Origin: Mobula hypostoma
Lineage: Eukaryota
DNA length: 64,000 nucleotides
Direction: 5' to 3'
Assembly: GCF_963921235.1 (NCBI RefSeq)
Contig: NC_086097.1
Location: 192,946,001 to 193,010,000 of the forward strand
The position numbers and the translations under genes were made by a program. Below the pieces are notes generated by a model. That model worked only from the letters and a program-made list of their open reading frames with translations. It ran no database searches and was not told the DNA's origin. Shown piece by piece: positions 60,981 through 64,000 of this stretch (positions are counted from its first letter, which is position 1; each line of letters begins with the position of its first letter).

Positions 60981-63900
60981 AGAACATTTATTGCTCAGGA
61001 GTGTTAGTGTAGATTTTGGTGATTAAATTCCTGGAGTAAAACTGAAAGACAGGAAGGGTGCAAATATAACTGTAATTTCTTTGGAGGAAGCAAAAAGGAA
61101 GAACATAATTGTGATATTTCTTATAGGAAATGTATATTGCAAGGCTTAAAACTAAATGCCTGTGACATAGGAAAATAAGCTCATGAAATGGTATTGCAAA
61201 GAAGAAAGGCATTTCTTAAGTTTTAAAGTACAAATACAAATTTGTTTTCTAATAAATATACTGCCCATTAAATTACTGGACTGAAAACTGATCTCAGGTG
61301 TGGCAATGACAAGGAGTCTGTGGTAGATAATAATTTAGGTTAGGAAGGGGTAAACAATCAATTTGGCTTCTTTTGTAATCAACATCTGCCTGAAAGGGCA
61401 TATATTGAGATCAATTAAGGAGAAGATTGGATTTAATTTTGATATATCAAATTATCCACACGCCCACCATCATGGCTCACATAACTGTGATGAGGTATTG
61501 GAATTCTGCTGTTAGCTTAGTGTGAGTCATTACCTTCAAGAGCATAGAAGAGGGGAATGTTCTGCTAAAAATAAGATCAGACCTATTAAATATTATTTTC
61601 GGTATCTTTTTAAGCAGTGATTCATACCTACATGATTAAATTTTTCATCCTCTGATTGAACTATGTGCACTGTTATCTTCATAAATCATTTATACTGCTT
61701 TTTGTCACAAAGAGGTACAAATTTCTAATGATAGCATGGTTTCTCTATTTCCATTGTATGCATCAGCGTGTTAAGTTCATGTGTTAATCATGACTCTTTC
61801 CTCTTGAATCAAAAGATTATAGGATGAAATCCAGTTTTAAAGACCTGAAAACAAAAACTTAGGTTGACATGTATCAAAATAGTGTCTCGCAATTAGACAT
61901 TAAACTAGGCTTTGCCTGCACTCCCAAGTTGAAGTAAAAGCTTCTATGACAACAGTGGGAAAGAAATGGTGCCCATTGTCCAAGAACATACTTATCCCTT
62001 GATCAACAGATCTTAAAAGAGATTATAAACCTTTATTTCAATGATGTTTGCAGAAGTTTGTTACATCATTAGAATATATGAACAGAATGAGGTGGCTTAA
62101 CCTTTTGAAGACTGGTTTGCACTTAATGAGAATGTGGTTGTTTTGGCTTAACTCTACATCTTCCAAATCACTTCATAATTTTGGTTAACAAAAGATTATC
62201 AGGAGAAGATTTAAAGTTAATATTTGACATAATGCAAATTGCCATTTATGAAAGAAATACATTTTTATACCAGCCTTTCTATGTAAAAATGCAACCTAAC
62301 TTCATTCCTGAAAGGGTCAGCTCCACATTTAACATGATATTCTCTTGTTTTAGATTTCCCAGAAGGGGCAAGTAGTTCCGGCATAAGTCCCTTAAAGTCA
62401 AATTATGTGTGTGTGTCAATCTCCTGCGCTGTTCTACAGGCTGATTTGTGATCAGGTATGGTCTTCATGTGGGTCTGCTGCCAGATAGGGAATAATTTTG
62501 TATGTCAACAAAATTAAGTTTCCATTTAAAATGCCAGAATTCTGCTTTTATTTTAAGAAGATTCTTTTTTGACAAATATGGATAAGGATTACACCTTTCA
62601 ACCCCTTAAATATGTTCTTTCTCTCAGGACTAGAGACATCAGGGCCAAATTGCTTTTCAAATTCCATCCGTCTCCCTTAGTTCTATATAATTTATAATCT
62701 TATAGTAGAATGGGCCTTTCCTTCTTATCCCATACAAAAGCTTTCCATCAATTATCACTGACTTCATAATCGCATAACCCTCAGTTATGTCACCCCAACT
62801 TTCTGTGTTTCAGGGAATACAAACATAGTCCATGTAATCGGTCCTCATAATAAGATCTTTGAAGTCCTGAAAATATTTATTGAACTCTGCACTAAATCCT
62901 TCCTGATTTTTATTTGTGTTTACAGGAAAAATAATATTTAGAATTCTCCACACCGGGGTTGGGGGACAAGGAGGCGGAATTGTATGGGTGTTCTGTCATC
63001 TGCATATCAGGAAAATCAAAGGATATAGAGATGATGCAGGAAAGTGGTGTTGAGAAAGGAGATTAGGCATGGCCTTTATTAATGCTTAAACAAATTCAAA
63101 GGACCAGATGTCTCCTAGTCCTATTTCTCATGCCTTTATGGCCTTACTTTCCTCCAAAAGAATATTAATATTAGGAGTATAGTTGAAATAAATAGAGAAG
63201 AAAATATAGACTGATATAACATTGCCTTAGCATTAAACCGGTCTATTCATTATGCACAGATGCCGGGAGGCTGCCAGATATGCACAGCATTTGCCAGCAC
63301 TGTCTGCTTCCCTTCCAGCATGAGCAATGCATTATATTTAAGATAAACAATTGAAAATACTTTTAAAAAATTAAATGTGGAACAAGCCATATTATATCTG
63401 AGCAACTTAAGAAAAGTAATAGGTAACTTGATTGAAGCATACCGTAGAAAGCGCTGAGAGATTTTGACAGGATAGAATTGAAGAGAATGTTTCCTCTTAC
63501 GAGGGATTTTAGAATTGAAAGTATGAATCATTTTCTTCAATTATGGTGAAAAGCTTTATAGAATCAAAACTAAAACTTCATAAGGTATTTTTCCATGAAG
63601 AAAATATCTTTATGAATGAATGTACCAGTACAAAATCCTCAGTATTCCCAAGCCCTAAAAGAATTGTCCAACAGCGTCAGGCTGGTTTAAAACAGCTAGC
63701 AAAACCTAATAGGAAACATTGCTTCCTTTGGAAATCTACTTCTTGCAGTTTATTCTCAGGAAGACGTTCCTAGACACAGAAGTAAATACAGATCTCATGA
63801 AAATCAATGACCTGATACATTTATCCTTAGTCTATCTCCTCATAGATGCTACCTGATCTGTCAAGTATTCTTACATTCTCTATTTTTATATAAATCAATA

Positions 63901-64000
63901 TTCTTATTTTAATATTCCACATACATATTCTATGTTATTTTATTTAAGGAATGAAAGACAGAATAAATTGCAATCTAGGCAATTATAATTAAAATAATAT

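Noticed and set aside
62354..62455. Possible 102-nt plus-strand exon
   Set aside because: It has stop codons in all three frames.
63677..63769. Possible minus-strand terminal exon (ERLPENKLQEVDFQRKQCFLLGFASCFKPA*)
   Set aside because: The acceptor is plausible, but the peptide is unrecognised and it abuts a decayed Penelope end. It cannot be supported without transcript data.

Overview
This is eukaryotic, not prokaryotic, DNA: an AT-rich, repeat-dense intronic or intergenic stretch of a vertebrate genome. The repeat mix (CR1, Rex1/Babar, L1/Tx1, RTE, tRNA/V-type SINEs, Penelope-derived elements) suggests a cartilaginous fish such as a ray or shark; that assignment is an inference. I recognise no intact host gene. 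Nearly every listed ORF is a decayed retroelement fragment or an antisense shadow of one. The stand-out feature is two unrelated non-autonomous Gypsy (Mag-like) LTR retrotransposons in which host coding sequence is fused in frame directly after the Gag-protease region, where RT should begin. Element A (12022-14306, +) has both LTRs and carries a chimera of RABEP1 (Rabaptin-5), the SH3KBP1/CIN85 coiled coil and RABEP1 again, followed by an integrase tail. Element B (57023-59369, -) is 3' truncated and carries the N-terminal half of SUDS3 from its own ATG. All cargoes are coiled-coil segments. Other notable items are many Penelope-derived termini with minimal hammerhead-ribozyme cores, a young and highly structured RTE-type SINE resembling marsupial RTE SINEs, a solo LTR, deeply nested insertions, a local 240-bp duplication and an unexplained 1.1-kb segment with internal repeats. 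Homology calls were made by eye from remembered sequences and need database confirmation. Boundaries of old repeats are approximate.
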